From contig OZ244914.1 of NCBI GenBank assembly GCA_965221795.1, forward strand, positions 1,466,030 to 1,530,029: a DNA stretch of 64,000 nt. The letters run 5' to 3'. Below the pieces are notes generated by a model. The model was given only the letters and a program-made list of their open reading frames with translations, did no database searches and was not told the DNA's origin. This document shows, one piece after another, positions 8,418-16,418 of the stretch (position 1 is its first letter; the number at the start of each line of letters is the position of its first letter). The stretch is from Candidatus Poriferihabitaceae bacterium. Its GTDB lineage: Bacteria; Pseudomonadota; Gammaproteobacteria; Arenicellales; Poriferihabitantaceae. The position numbers and the translations under genes were made by a program.

Positions 8418-9398
8418 ATGTCCCAGACCGGCCGGTTTGATCTTTCCGACCGCCAGCAACAACTCGCCCGCAAGGGCGATCCCCTGGAACGCCTCCAGGA
8501 AGTGATGGACTGGGAGGACTTTGGTCCCCTGGTGAACAAGGCCCGCCCGAAGCCGGGCCTCCGGGGTGGCCGACCCCCCTGCGACGGGGGGTTGCGGTTC
8601 CAGATGCGGGCGCTGGCGAGCCGGTATGGCCGGTCGGACGAGCAACTGGAGTCCCCGGTGAAGGACCGACGGTCCTTGATGCGATTTCCGGGTCTGGACC
8701 TTCAGGACCGTGTGCCGGACGCGACGACGATCTGGCGGTTCCGGGAAGCACTGGGGCGGCAGATCGGGTTGCTGGACCAGCGGTTGCAGCGATTCGAAGG
8801 TCCTCTTCGCAAGGCCGGCGACGAGGCCCGGGGCGGCCAGATCATGGAGGCCCGCATGGGGGAGGTGCCGACGCTTCGGGGGCAGCCGGAGGATGATCAG
8901 GAGCCGAGGAGCCGGCAGCAGGACCGGGATGCGAAGGGGACGAAGAAACCCGGTCGGTCGTACTTCGGCGACCAGAACCCCATCCGCATTGACCGACAGC
9001 ACCAGCGGATTCGCCCATCGGCGGTGACGGAGGCGTCCGTCGATGATGCCCGGGTCATGGACCTGGTGCTGGACCCGGACCATGCGGGCTCCCAGGTCTG
9101 GGCGGATTCGGCGTACCGGTCGGCAGCGACCGAGGACTGGCTGCGGGAGCAGGATTCCCGGAGCCGGGTTCATCACCGTGCCTGGCGGAACCGTCCCCGG
9201 AAGGCCAGACCGCGGGCCCAGAACCGGACCCGGTCGAAGATCCGGGCCCGGGTGGAGCCGGTCTTCGGGCACCCGGTGCAGGCCCTGGGGATGAAGGGGA
9301 TCCGGACGATCGGGCCTCGGCGGGTGAGAACGAAGATCATGCGGAACAACCGAGTGTACCACCTGAGCCGATATCGGTTCCTGGTGTCACCGGCGTAG
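8418..9398 (+). CDS. IS5 family transposase (open frame, but sequence looks degenerate)
   Basis: Track ORF, 326 aa. MSQTGRFDLSDRQQQLARKGDPLERLQEVMDWEDF..DRVPDATTIWRFREAL..GGQI..VWADSAYRS..NRTRSKIRARVEPVFG follows the IS5-group order of motifs. Many normally conserved positions are substituted, and the segment after GGQI is shorter than in relatives I recall. Confidence 0.8.
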   Translation: MSQTGRFDLSDRQQQLARKGDPLERLQEVMDWEDFGPLVNKARPKPGLRGGRPPCDGGLRFQMRALASRYGRSDEQLESPVKDRRSLMRFPGLDLQDRVPDATTIWRFREALGRQIGLLDQRLQRFEGPLRKAGDEARGGQIMEARMGEVPTLRGQPEDDQEPRSRQQDRDAKGTKKPGRSYFGDQNPIRIDRQHQRIRPSAVTEASVDDARVMDLVLDPDHAGSQVWADSAYRSAATEDWLREQDSRSRVHHRAWRNRPRKARPRAQNRTRSKIRARVEPVFGHPVQALGMKGIRTIGPRRVRTKIMRNNRVYHLSRYRFLVSPA

Positions 9399-9530
9399 TA
9401 CGTCCGGACGATGGAGAGTTGCACTCAACCGGTGCAAAACCAACGCATTCAGGCTGAGCAGTGCTTGGCGATGAGACTGGTCAGGGGAGTAGGCCCGAAT
9501 GAACGCCGCTGAATCTCTCCGTAACTACGT

Positions 9531-9544
9531 TATTCGAGGTGCCC
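9531..9544. repeat. IS5 right terminal inverted repeat
   Basis: tattcgaggtgccc, the reverse complement of 8342-8355. Confidence 0.85.
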
Positions 9545-9685
9545 TTCTTTAATCGCAAGATGTTTTAACGCCGCCTCAAGTACTGCAACTCTGGAATACA
9601 ATGCTTTACCATTTCCATTGTTGCCGCCGGATGATTGTACTGGCGTAACTGGCGGAGAGGTAAATTCATGAACATTTCTGGTCAT
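9545..9685 (-). pseudogene. 5' part (47 codons) of the small membrane-anchor gene split by IS5
   Basis: ATG at 9685..9683. MTRNVHEFTSPPVTPVQSSGGNNGNGKALYSRVAVLEAALKHLAIKE, then the frame runs into the IS (..GHLE*). The start overlaps the upstream ORF stop (ATGA). Confidence 0.65.
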
Positions 9686-10056
9686 GCCTGCACCTTACGC
9701 AACCATTCCCACAAATCGCTGTTATTAAATCCGCTATAAGAGTCAAACTCCATCACAAGCCCCAATGCTTCCGGATTGTTTTTCTTAATCCGTACTTGTT
9801 CGGAACTCTCTGCCGTAGTAATAATACTCTTGTCATCAGGAACCACAAAAGCCAAATAGTCAGTAAGAATACAATTTCTACCATTCAGCCAGTGGTTTTT
9901 TACACCCCCAGCAGCAGATACCGGTCATCGGCTATTTGCCAGGGACATCCCCCGGTCTCTGGAATCAAATGCATCAAGCGATTGCTCCAAGTCAGCGGGG
10001 GCTACAGGACAAGGCTTCCATAACCTGTAAAGTATGTCAGTATGAGCGCCGGTCAT
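9682..10056 (-). pseudogene. 124-codon ORF of unknown function interrupted by one in-frame TGA (9927..9925)
   Basis: My own translation from ATG 10056..10054: MTGAHTDILYRLWKPCPVAPADLEQSLDAFDSRDRGMSLANSR[TGA]PVSAAGGVKNHWLNGRNCILTDYLAFVVPDDKSIITTAESSEQVRIKKNNPEALGLVMEFDSYSGFNNSDLWEWLRKVQA*. The frame is the same on both sides of the stop. I recognise no family. Confidence 0.45.
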
Positions 10057-10335
10057 GCACCAGCACTATACCGAGGTTCAGAAGATGAATGCGAGCACTT
10101 CCGGATACCATTCGGACCACCAGCCGAAAGCGTGAGGGGATCTGAACGGAAAAGAGGATGAACCGATCTAGATCTCTGGAGTCGGAACAGGCTCTACTGG
10201 ACTGTCCCCGCCCACAGAACGGAGAGCACACGTGATGCTGCCCTCATCGACGATATCGGACTAGTCGGAGATTCCCAGAGATCTGCCAGTTCCGCAAAGT
10301 AGTCTGGTTGCGACAGATTTGCATACGTCCATGGA
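10037..10335 (-). pseudogene. ParE/RelE-like toxin relic (frameshifted, no partner antitoxin)
   Basis: Track ORF 10037..10231(-) ends ..IPSRFRLVVRMVSGSARIHLLNLGIVLVHDRRSY*, which resembles the ..YRlvYrv....v.Il.vgHRr.vY toxin C-terminus. An upstream frame (..SQPDYFAELADLWES..) stops at 10197..10195. Weak, decayed similarity. Confidence 0.4.
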
Positions 10336-10395
10336 ACCGGTACCCATAACCGTTATACCCTTCGGCGATTATTTGACCCACAAACCGGATCTTCG

Positions 10396-11739
10396 ATGAA
10401 CCTTTCCGCCCCATTTCGCAGTTCCAACCGCAAGATAGACCCGGTCCGCAGCCGAGGCAACCTGCTGAAACCAGATGGCTCGCCCGATGATAACAACCGG
10501 GTGGAGATCGGCCCCACAGATCTGGCTTTTCGCGAGTGGGAAGCCCTGGGTCTGGAATGCCCGAACCTCGCGGGAATGCGGGAATATCGATTGGAAAGAA
10601 TCCGGGCCGAACTGTCCAAAAGAGATCTTGCCGGAGTACTGTTGTATGACCCACTCAACATCCGGTACGCAACCGATAGCACCAACATGCAGGTCTGGGT
10701 CAGTCATAATCATGCCAGAGCCTGTTTTGTGACGGCAGATGGTTACCTGATTCTCTGGGACTTTCACAATTGTGAACATCTCTCCAGACATTTGCCTCTG
10801 GTCAAAGAGTTGCGTCCCGGTGCATCGTTCTTTTATTTCATGTCAGGCAACCGGGTCCATGAGCATGCGCATCAGTTTGCCCAAGCCCTGGCAGATATTC
10901 TGCGGGAGCATGCCGGAAGCCATCGCAGAATTGCCGTGGACAAGATCGAGACTGCTGGTCTCCGGGCACTGGACCGGGCCGGCATTGAGGTCGTGGATGG
11001 ACAAGAAGTGATGGAACAGGCTCGAGCCGTCAAGGGACCGGACGAAATCCGCGCGATGCGATGCGCAATTGCCTCTACGGAAATCTCTTTGCAACAGATG
11101 CAGAAAGCCAGTGTGCCAGGAGCTACGGAAAACGACATCTGGTCCATACTGCACGCTGAGAATATCCGCCGGGGAGGTGAGTGGATTGAATGCCGGCTAC
11201 TGTCTACCGGACCACGCACGAACCCATGGTTCCAGGAATGCGGTCCGCGGGTGGTCCAGGAAGGCGACTTGTTGGGCGTGGACACCGACTTGGTAGGTCC
11301 TTATGGATTCTGTGCGGACATCTCGCGAACATGGGTCATTGGCGACCGATCCCCCACCCCCGAACAACAACGACTTTATCGGATAGCCTTTGAGCACATC
11401 CAAACCAACCTGTCTTTGCTGAAACCCGGCCTCACCTTACATGAAATCACGGCCAGCGCACACCGATTACCAGAGGAGTTCAGAGCCCAGCGTTACGGGG
11501 TCATGATGCATGGGGTCGGGCTGTGTGACGAATATCCCAATGTCTGGTATCCAGAAGAAATTGAATCGCAAGGCTATCCAGCCACTTTGGAGCCCGGAAT
11601 GGTATTGTGCGTGGAAGCCTACATCGGTGCCGTCGGCGGTCAGGAGGGAGTCAAATTGGAAGACCAGGTGCTCATCACCGAAAACGGCCACGAAAACCTG
11701 ACCACCTACCCGTTCGAAAGCACCCTGCTCGAAGCTTGA
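10396..11739 (+). CDS. dddP: M24-family metalloenzyme, DddP-like (putative DMSP lyase)
   Basis: Track ORF, 447 aa. NRKIDPVRSRG..DDNNRVEIGPTDLAFREWEALGLECPNLAGMREYRLERI..LLYDPLNIRYATDSTNMQVW..IECRLLSTGPRTNPWFQECGPR..DTDLVGPYGFCADISRTW..MHGVGLCDEYP..KLEDQVLITENGHENLTTYPFE. The M24 pita-bread motifs are clear. The N-terminal domain and overall colinearity match DddP as I remember it. Confidence 0.6.
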   Translation: MNLSAPFRSSNRKIDPVRSRGNLLKPDGSPDDNNRVEIGPTDLAFREWEALGLECPNLAGMREYRLERIRAELSKRDLAGVLLYDPLNIRYATDSTNMQVWVSHNHARACFVTADGYLILWDFHNCEHLSRHLPLVKELRPGASFFYFMSGNRVHEHAHQFAQALADILREHAGSHRRIAVDKIETAGLRALDRAGIEVVDGQEVMEQARAVKGPDEIRAMRCAIASTEISLQQMQKASVPGATENDIWSILHAENIRRGGEWIECRLLSTGPRTNPWFQECGPRVVQEGDLLGVDTDLVGPYGFCADISRTWVIGDRSPTPEQQRLYRIAFEHIQTNLSLLKPGLTLHEITASAHRLPEEFRAQRYGVMMHGVGLCDEYPNVWYPEEIESQGYPATLEPGMVLCVEAYIGAVGGQEGVKLEDQVLITENGHENLTTYPFESTLLEA

Positions 11740-13052
11740 GCCAGGTTTCGGGCTGCTTCTGCACCGGCGACCACATCCACCCGCGTCAGCAGAATTCCAC
11801 CCGCCACGAACAGTATCACCAATACTAAAATGGCATCTCGGGCGTCGGCAACCGCAATCAGCACAGGTACCATGGCAATCAGCAAGGGACCCAGAATAGC
11901 CGCGAACTTGCCAACCATGTTGTAGAAACCAAAAAATTCCGCCGTGCGATTCGGTGGAATAATCCGGGCATAGATGGATCGACTGAGCCCCTGGACACCA
12001 CCCTGTACCAGTCCAATGGCAATGGCCAGCAGGTAAAAATCACGGCTGGAGTCGAGCCAGCCCCACGCGTAAACCACCGCCCAAATGTAAACCACCAATC
12101 CGATCAGGATGCCGATTTTTGCCCCAATCCGATTTCCCAACCACCCAAAGAAAAGCACCGCCGGGAATGAAATGAATTGGGTAAGCAACAGCGCCCCAAT
12201 GAGGGCTTCAGACGGCAGTTCCAGAACCCGGTTGGCGAAAAAGACCGACATTTTGATGACCGACCCCACTCCATCAATATACAACCAGTAACTCACCAGA
12301 AAAATCAGCACTACCCGTAGTTGGCGAATCTGGGAAAAAGTCTCCCGGAGCTGCAGCAGGCCCGCACGGATTACTTGCCAGCTACGAACCGGGTTGGGTG
12401 TCGGGTGTTCCCGTACCCAGATAAACAACGGGACCGAGAACACCACCCACCATACTCCGACTGAAATAAACGACCATGCCAGTGCAGAGCTGGCATCTGC
12501 CAGGCCAAACCAATCCGGATGGGTCACCATGATCACGTTGACCAAAAACAACAGACCGCCGCCCATGTATCCGCAGGCATACCCAAAGCCTGATACCTGA
12601 TCATATTCCTCCTCCCGCGAGATCTCCAGAATCATGGGATCATAGAAAATATTCGCTCCCGCGAACCCTATCTGAGCGAGAAGGAACAGCAACAGGCCCT
12701 CTCGCCACATCTCTCCATGTACCCAGGCCAATGACATCGTCATGATCGCGCCCAGCATCGTGAATGTGGCGAGAAAATGCTTGCGGGTTCCTCCATGGTC
12801 GGCAATGGCCCCCAGAATAGGGGCGGCCAAGGCGATGAGGAGGCTGGCGACAGACAGGCCGATCGTGAACCAGAACTGCGCATCCTCGGTCGACAATCCA
12901 GAACTCAGGTGCGCATAGAACACGGGAAAGAAAGCGGCCATGACCGTGGTCGCAAATGCCGAGTTGGCCCAGTCATACAATGCCCAAGCCAATACTGGCC
13001 GATTACGGAGCATGGCACGGATACTGGTCCCTCCGGCAGTCTGCGTACACAT
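11706..13052 (-). CDS. MFS transporter, UMF1 (Atg22-like) family
   Basis: Track ORF. RPVLAWALYDWANSAFATTVMAAFFPVFY.. followed by about 12 hydrophobic segments. The start may be the internal Met (MLRNRPV, 13013). Its 3' end overlaps the dddP-like 3' end by 34 nt (convergent). Confidence 0.8.
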   Translation of the reverse strand: MCTQTAGGTSIRAMLRNRPVLAWALYDWANSAFATTVMAAFFPVFYAHLSSGLSTEDAQFWFTIGLSVASLLIALAAPILGAIADHGGTRKHFLATFTMLGAIMTMSLAWVHGEMWREGLLLFLLAQIGFAGANIFYDPMILEISREEEYDQVSGFGYACGYMGGGLLFLVNVIMVTHPDWFGLADASSALAWSFISVGVWWVVFSVPLFIWVREHPTPNPVRSWQVIRAGLLQLRETFSQIRQLRVVLIFLVSYWLYIDGVGSVIKMSVFFANRVLELPSEALIGALLLTQFISFPAVLFFGWLGNRIGAKIGILIGLVVYIWAVVYAWGWLDSSRDFYLLAIAIGLVQGGVQGLSRSIYARIIPPNRTAEFFGFYNMVGKFAAILGPLLIAMVPVLIAVADARDAILVLVILFVAGGILLTRVDVVAGAEAARNLAQASSRVLSNG

Positions 13053-13062
13053 GGTCCTGCCG

Positions 13063-13482
13063 TTATCCGATAATGATGACCATCAGCATCCCCATTTGGG
13101 TCATATTGATAATCACACTGCGCCGATGAAGGGCCCGGAAACGGGATTTGTCGCCGAGACTGTCAGATTCCCGCCACCGGTTCTTGGCATCCCGGATGGC
13201 TGGTGCCAGTATCTGTCGGGCATAGAAAAATCCGACCGCAATCAGGGCCATCAGAGTCGCACTCTTGGGAGAATGAAACAAACAGTATCCAAGCCCCACC
13301 ACAGAAATCACGATCCCCCAGAGGTAGTACCGGGGAAAGAACATGTGCAAGAAAGTATCAACCTGATCGGATTCCAGCGCACGAAACAGGACCGGGGCCA
13401 CGACAGCGGCAAAGAATATCATGGAGCCCAACAGTACCGACGAGATGACATCAATCACGAGGGAGGGAGTCAGAGAAGGCAC
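13063..13482 (-). CDS. DUF4149-like small membrane protein
   Basis: Track ORF, 139 aa, four hydrophobic segments. ..MIFFAAVVAPVLFRAL..FPRYYLWGIV.. is the pattern I associate with DUF4149. The assignment is tentative. Confidence 0.55.
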   Translation of the reverse strand: MPSLTPSLVIDVISSVLLGSMIFFAAVVAPVLFRALESDQVDTFLHMFFPRYYLWGIVISVVGLGYCLFHSPKSATLMALIAVGFFYARQILAPAIRDAKNRWRESDSLGDKSRFRALHRRSVIINMTQMGMLMVIIIG

Positions 13483-13690
13483 GAGCCAAGCTCCAGGAGG
13501 GTCATGACGGTAGTATAAGCCAGTTGAGGTGGAATTTCATGACCCAGTGAAAAAGCATGCCACGAAATCCAGTCCCACTCCTCCCCTATTTGATGACATG
13601 CCTTTGGGTTGTCGAAGACTCGGACAAGTCGGAATCTAGCCCGGATACGTTATCATATGCGCCCTTCTCTTTACCTGACATGACGAGTCC

Positions 13691-14818
13691 ATGCGCGATC
13701 TCACCAACGCCCAGATAATCTGGCAAGCAATGCTTGCCAATCACATCGACAAGGTCTGTTATCTACCCTGCAATAAGCTGAACGCCCTGATGAGAGCGTT
13801 GCCTGACCATATGGAAGTCTGGAATATCACCAAGGAATCCGTTGGCCTGGGACTTTGCTTTGGTCGTAGCCTAGCGGGACGGCGCAGCGCCATGTGTATC
13901 CAGAGCACCGGGGTCGGCAATCTCATTACCGAACTCTACACCCTGCAAAAACTCTATCAGGAGGCCTTGCCGGTCTTTGTATCCTGGCGTGGATATCATC
14001 AGGAACCGATCGAAGCACAAATCATTCTCGGCCGCAAAATCGAAGATATTCTGTGCGCGATTGACGTGGAATACCGTATCTGCAGGAATCGTGAGGATAT
14101 CGTCAACCTTGCCGACGACCTTGCACAGGTATTCGCGGACGGCAAAGTGAAATTTTATCTCATGTCACCGGAACTCTGGGAAACCAATAGCCCCGACTTT
14201 CACACCTTTGGGGAGCCCCGGATTGAGCCAGTGACAGTAGAAATGGCTGCGTACCATGGCTCGCCCACCAAAACACGGATGGAAGCGATTGCGGAGATCC
14301 TGTATGCCATTGATGATCGGGATCTGGTGGTCTCGCAAATCGGCTTTCCATCGAAAGAAGTCTACAACACACGGGATCGAGCGGAGAACTTTTATATGTT
14401 GGGCGCTTTGGGTTCTGCCACCGAGGTGGGAATTGCACTGGCCCTCGAGAAGCCGGACCGACATGTCTATGTCATTGACGGCGATGGATCGTTTTTCTTC
14501 AACCCCAACCAACTACTCGACATCGCCGCCTTCCACCCCATCAACCTGTCGGTGATCTGTCTTGACAACGGTAGCTGGGGATCCACAGGAAATCAGCCGA
14601 CCCTGAGTTCACAGGGCATGAACCTGTCAGCCATGATCAATGCCATGGGCATTGACTCCGCGGGGATGACTGACCAATCCGAGGGATTCATCTCCATGAT
14701 CCGGAATCGTGATCGCTTTATTCACTATATGATTAAGGCCGGGAATGACAAGAAAGGCGGCGAGATTCCGCTGAAAGCCGTCACTATCAAAGAAAGATTC
14801 ATGGCAGCAATCGCATGA
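13691..14818 (+). CDS. Thiamine-diphosphate decarboxylase, fused ComD/ComE type (sulfopyruvate or phosphonopyruvate decarboxylase family)
   Basis: Track ORF, 375 aa. N-half: YLPCNKLNALMRAL..TKESVGLGLCFGRSLAGRRSAMCIQSTGVGNLITEL..VFVSWRGY..EPIEAQI. C-half: NFYMLGALGSATEVGIALAL..VYVIDGDGSFFFN..ICLDNGSWGSTGNQPT (the TPP-binding GDG..N motif). Confidence 0.75.
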   Translation: MRDLTNAQIIWQAMLANHIDKVCYLPCNKLNALMRALPDHMEVWNITKESVGLGLCFGRSLAGRRSAMCIQSTGVGNLITELYTLQKLYQEALPVFVSWRGYHQEPIEAQIILGRKIEDILCAIDVEYRICRNREDIVNLADDLAQVFADGKVKFYLMSPELWETNSPDFHTFGEPRIEPVTVEMAAYHGSPTKTRMEAIAEILYAIDDRDLVVSQIGFPSKEVYNTRDRAENFYMLGALGSATEVGIALALEKPDRHVYVIDGDGSFFFNPNQLLDIAAFHPINLSVICLDNGSWGSTGNQPTLSSQGMNLSAMINAMGIDSAGMTDQSEGFISMIRNRDRFIHYMIKAGNDKKGGEIPLKAVTIKERFMAAIA

Positions 14819-14906
14819 AAGCCACTTGCCGGATCGGTGACTCCAGACATGACAAACCGGAACCCGGGTGGCGTCTTGCAATTGCCTCCTCCGGGATTTG
14901 AATGAT

Positions 14907-15533
14907 ATGAAAAAGGTTTTAGGACTCTCTCTGCTTTTGGTGGCCTATGGCCTGCTTTGGCCAGGAATCACCCAGCCCGTCCTCTCCATCACTAGCACCA
15001 TTGACAGGGCCGATATCGCCAAGATCGGCAAGGATATCCTTGCCGATAACCCACAAACCCCGGCTGTTGTCATACCGGTGGCCGAGTACCTGCTGGATCA
15101 CATGGAGATTGCCGGCAAGGAGCAGGTCTATCAGCGAACCCGCAGTATTCTGGAGGCTATCCAGGAGCTGTATGGGAATGGATTTGGGGTGGTCGCCTTT
15201 CTGATCGGGTTGTTCAGTATCGTGATTCCGGTGGCCAAGGGCCTGATGCTGGCCATCAGTTGTCTCTCCATACCGACAGTTTCCATATTTCTGCGCCGGG
15301 TCGCGGATCTTGTCAGCCGATGGTCCATGGCGGATGTCTTCGTAGTAGGCGTATTTGTGGCCTTTCTGGCCGCCAACGCGATGCGTGGAGAGGGCGGAAT
15401 GCTCCATTTTGAAGCGACCCTTGGCACAGGGTTTTACTGTTTCCTTGGATACTGTCTTCTGTCCCTTGTATCCGGCCAGATACTGACCACCAGCAACCCT
15501 GGGCAAATGCGAAGACAACCTGGATTGCAGTGA
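14907..15533 (+). CDS. PqiA-like (paraquat-inducible protein A family) membrane protein
   Basis: Internal ATG of track ORF 14868..15533. MKKVLGLSLLLVAYGLLWPGITQPVLSI...SRWSMADVFVVGVFVAFL is the conserved PqiA motif context. Confidence 0.65.
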   Translation: MKKVLGLSLLLVAYGLLWPGITQPVLSITSTIDRADIAKIGKDILADNPQTPAVVIPVAEYLLDHMEIAGKEQVYQRTRSILEAIQELYGNGFGVVAFLIGLFSIVIPVAKGLMLAISCLSIPTVSIFLRRVADLVSRWSMADVFVVGVFVAFLAANAMRGEGGMLHFEATLGTGFYCFLGYCLLSLVSGQILTTSNPGQMRRQPGLQ

Positions 15534-15699
15534 TTCGACACAACGTGTTCAGGCATTGATCAAGCGTCTCACGCTGCATATCCTTCAAACCAAGGCGTGT
15601 TACCATTACGCAGTGCCTCGACCGTCTGCGCAAAGATAACGAGTCCGAGAAAGATGACATCCAGTGGCTCGAAGTGTGAGCAGACCCGACGGAAACTCT

Positions 15700-15965
15700 G
15701 GAGTCGCCGGAACCAGCGCTCGAACCTCGTAGCAACGCCGGTACAGTTTCTGATCGAATTTCGCTGACGAGTACCTGCATGACCTCATCGCCGAACGGTA
15801 CGAGTAGTCGTCTACCTTGGTCACCTCCCACCTGGACTTCACCGAATGAGGCCATGCCTTCACCAATCCGCTCCTCAGCGCGGCAATCCTGAACCGGCTC
15901 CGACACGGTGCCTGCCGACGGGTTCTGGACGGCCAGAGTTGCCGGCGACCAAGGGAATTCGACCC
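15700..15965 (+). pseudogene. IS21-family IstB helper ATPase, C-terminal relic with in-frame stops
   Basis: My own plus-strand translation from 15778: HDLIAERYE*SSTLVTSHLDFTE*GHAFTNPLLSAAILNRLRHGACRRVLDGQSCRRPRE. Compare the IstB ..LfelI..RYer.StiiTSN..f.eW...f.d..l..A.LDRL.HHa..l.l.G.SYR pattern. Stops at 15805-15807 and 15847-15849. Confidence 0.65.
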
Positions 15966-16272
15966 GTCCCGTCCAACCGCAGTGGGCCCAGAGGAATCAA
16001 GACCTCGCCGGAGAAGTCGGAACCCGAGCGGGAAAGCCCTCTGGATTGGTGAACGAGTCCTACGGACCAGCGCAAAATGCGCCGATCAAAGGTGGGTTGG
16101 AAACCTCACCGCAATCGGAGTAATATCGACCCCATGATCAAGACCGGAAACCACCGAAAAGAGCGGCATTCGGTGATCATGACGTGGCTCTATTTCGCTG
16201 CAAATTGACCACTGGTTCTTGTGGCTCACTCGAAACGGGGTTTTCAGGGCCCACTAATTCGGGTTCTCAAAA

Positions 16273-16390
16273 ATGGCAATCAAAGACATCAACAGTGACA
16301 TGGTACGTTGTGCCCTGCAAGAGTTTGACCGACTCGGACGAGATGGCATGCTGGAACGCTATGGCGGCGGGCCAAGCCGCAAGTGGTATA
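16273..16390 (+). pseudogene. First 39 codons of a McrA/HNH-type restriction-endonuclease-like gene, truncated by IS DNA
   Basis: MAIKDINSDMVRCALQEFDRLGRDGMLERYGGGPSRKWY.. matches the N-terminal ..A..EfDrlGrdaFL.kYGfg....Y.l. module I recall at the start of ScoMcrA-like/HNH restriction proteins. Homology to IS ends begins at 16391. Confidence 0.5.
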
Positions 16391-16418
16391 TAGTCGATCC
16401 TGAAAAATCCCAAATTCA
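16391..16418 (+). repeat. Solo 28-nt terminal fragment of the second IS5-type element
   Basis: tagtcgatcctgaaaaatcccaaattca matches 27 of 28 nt of the reverse complement of 18670-18697, the transposase-proximal end of the element at 17425-18697. Confidence 0.7.

Larger units (their letters stand above)
8342..9544 (+). mobile_element. IS5-family insertion sequence, full length (1203 bp) with perfect 14-bp IRs and a 4-bp TSD
   Basis: IRL gggcacctcgaata (8342-8355) and IRR tattcgaggtgccc (9531-9544) are exact reverse complements. ttct flanks both ends (8338-8341, 9545-9548). One transposase ORF lies inside. Confidence 0.9.

Noticed and set aside
9925-9927. In-frame TGA in the 124-codon ORF as selenocysteine or programmed read-through
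   Set aside because: No recognisable SECIS-like hairpin immediately downstream by eye, and the neighbouring genes are also inactivated. A simple nonsense mutation is the more economical reading.
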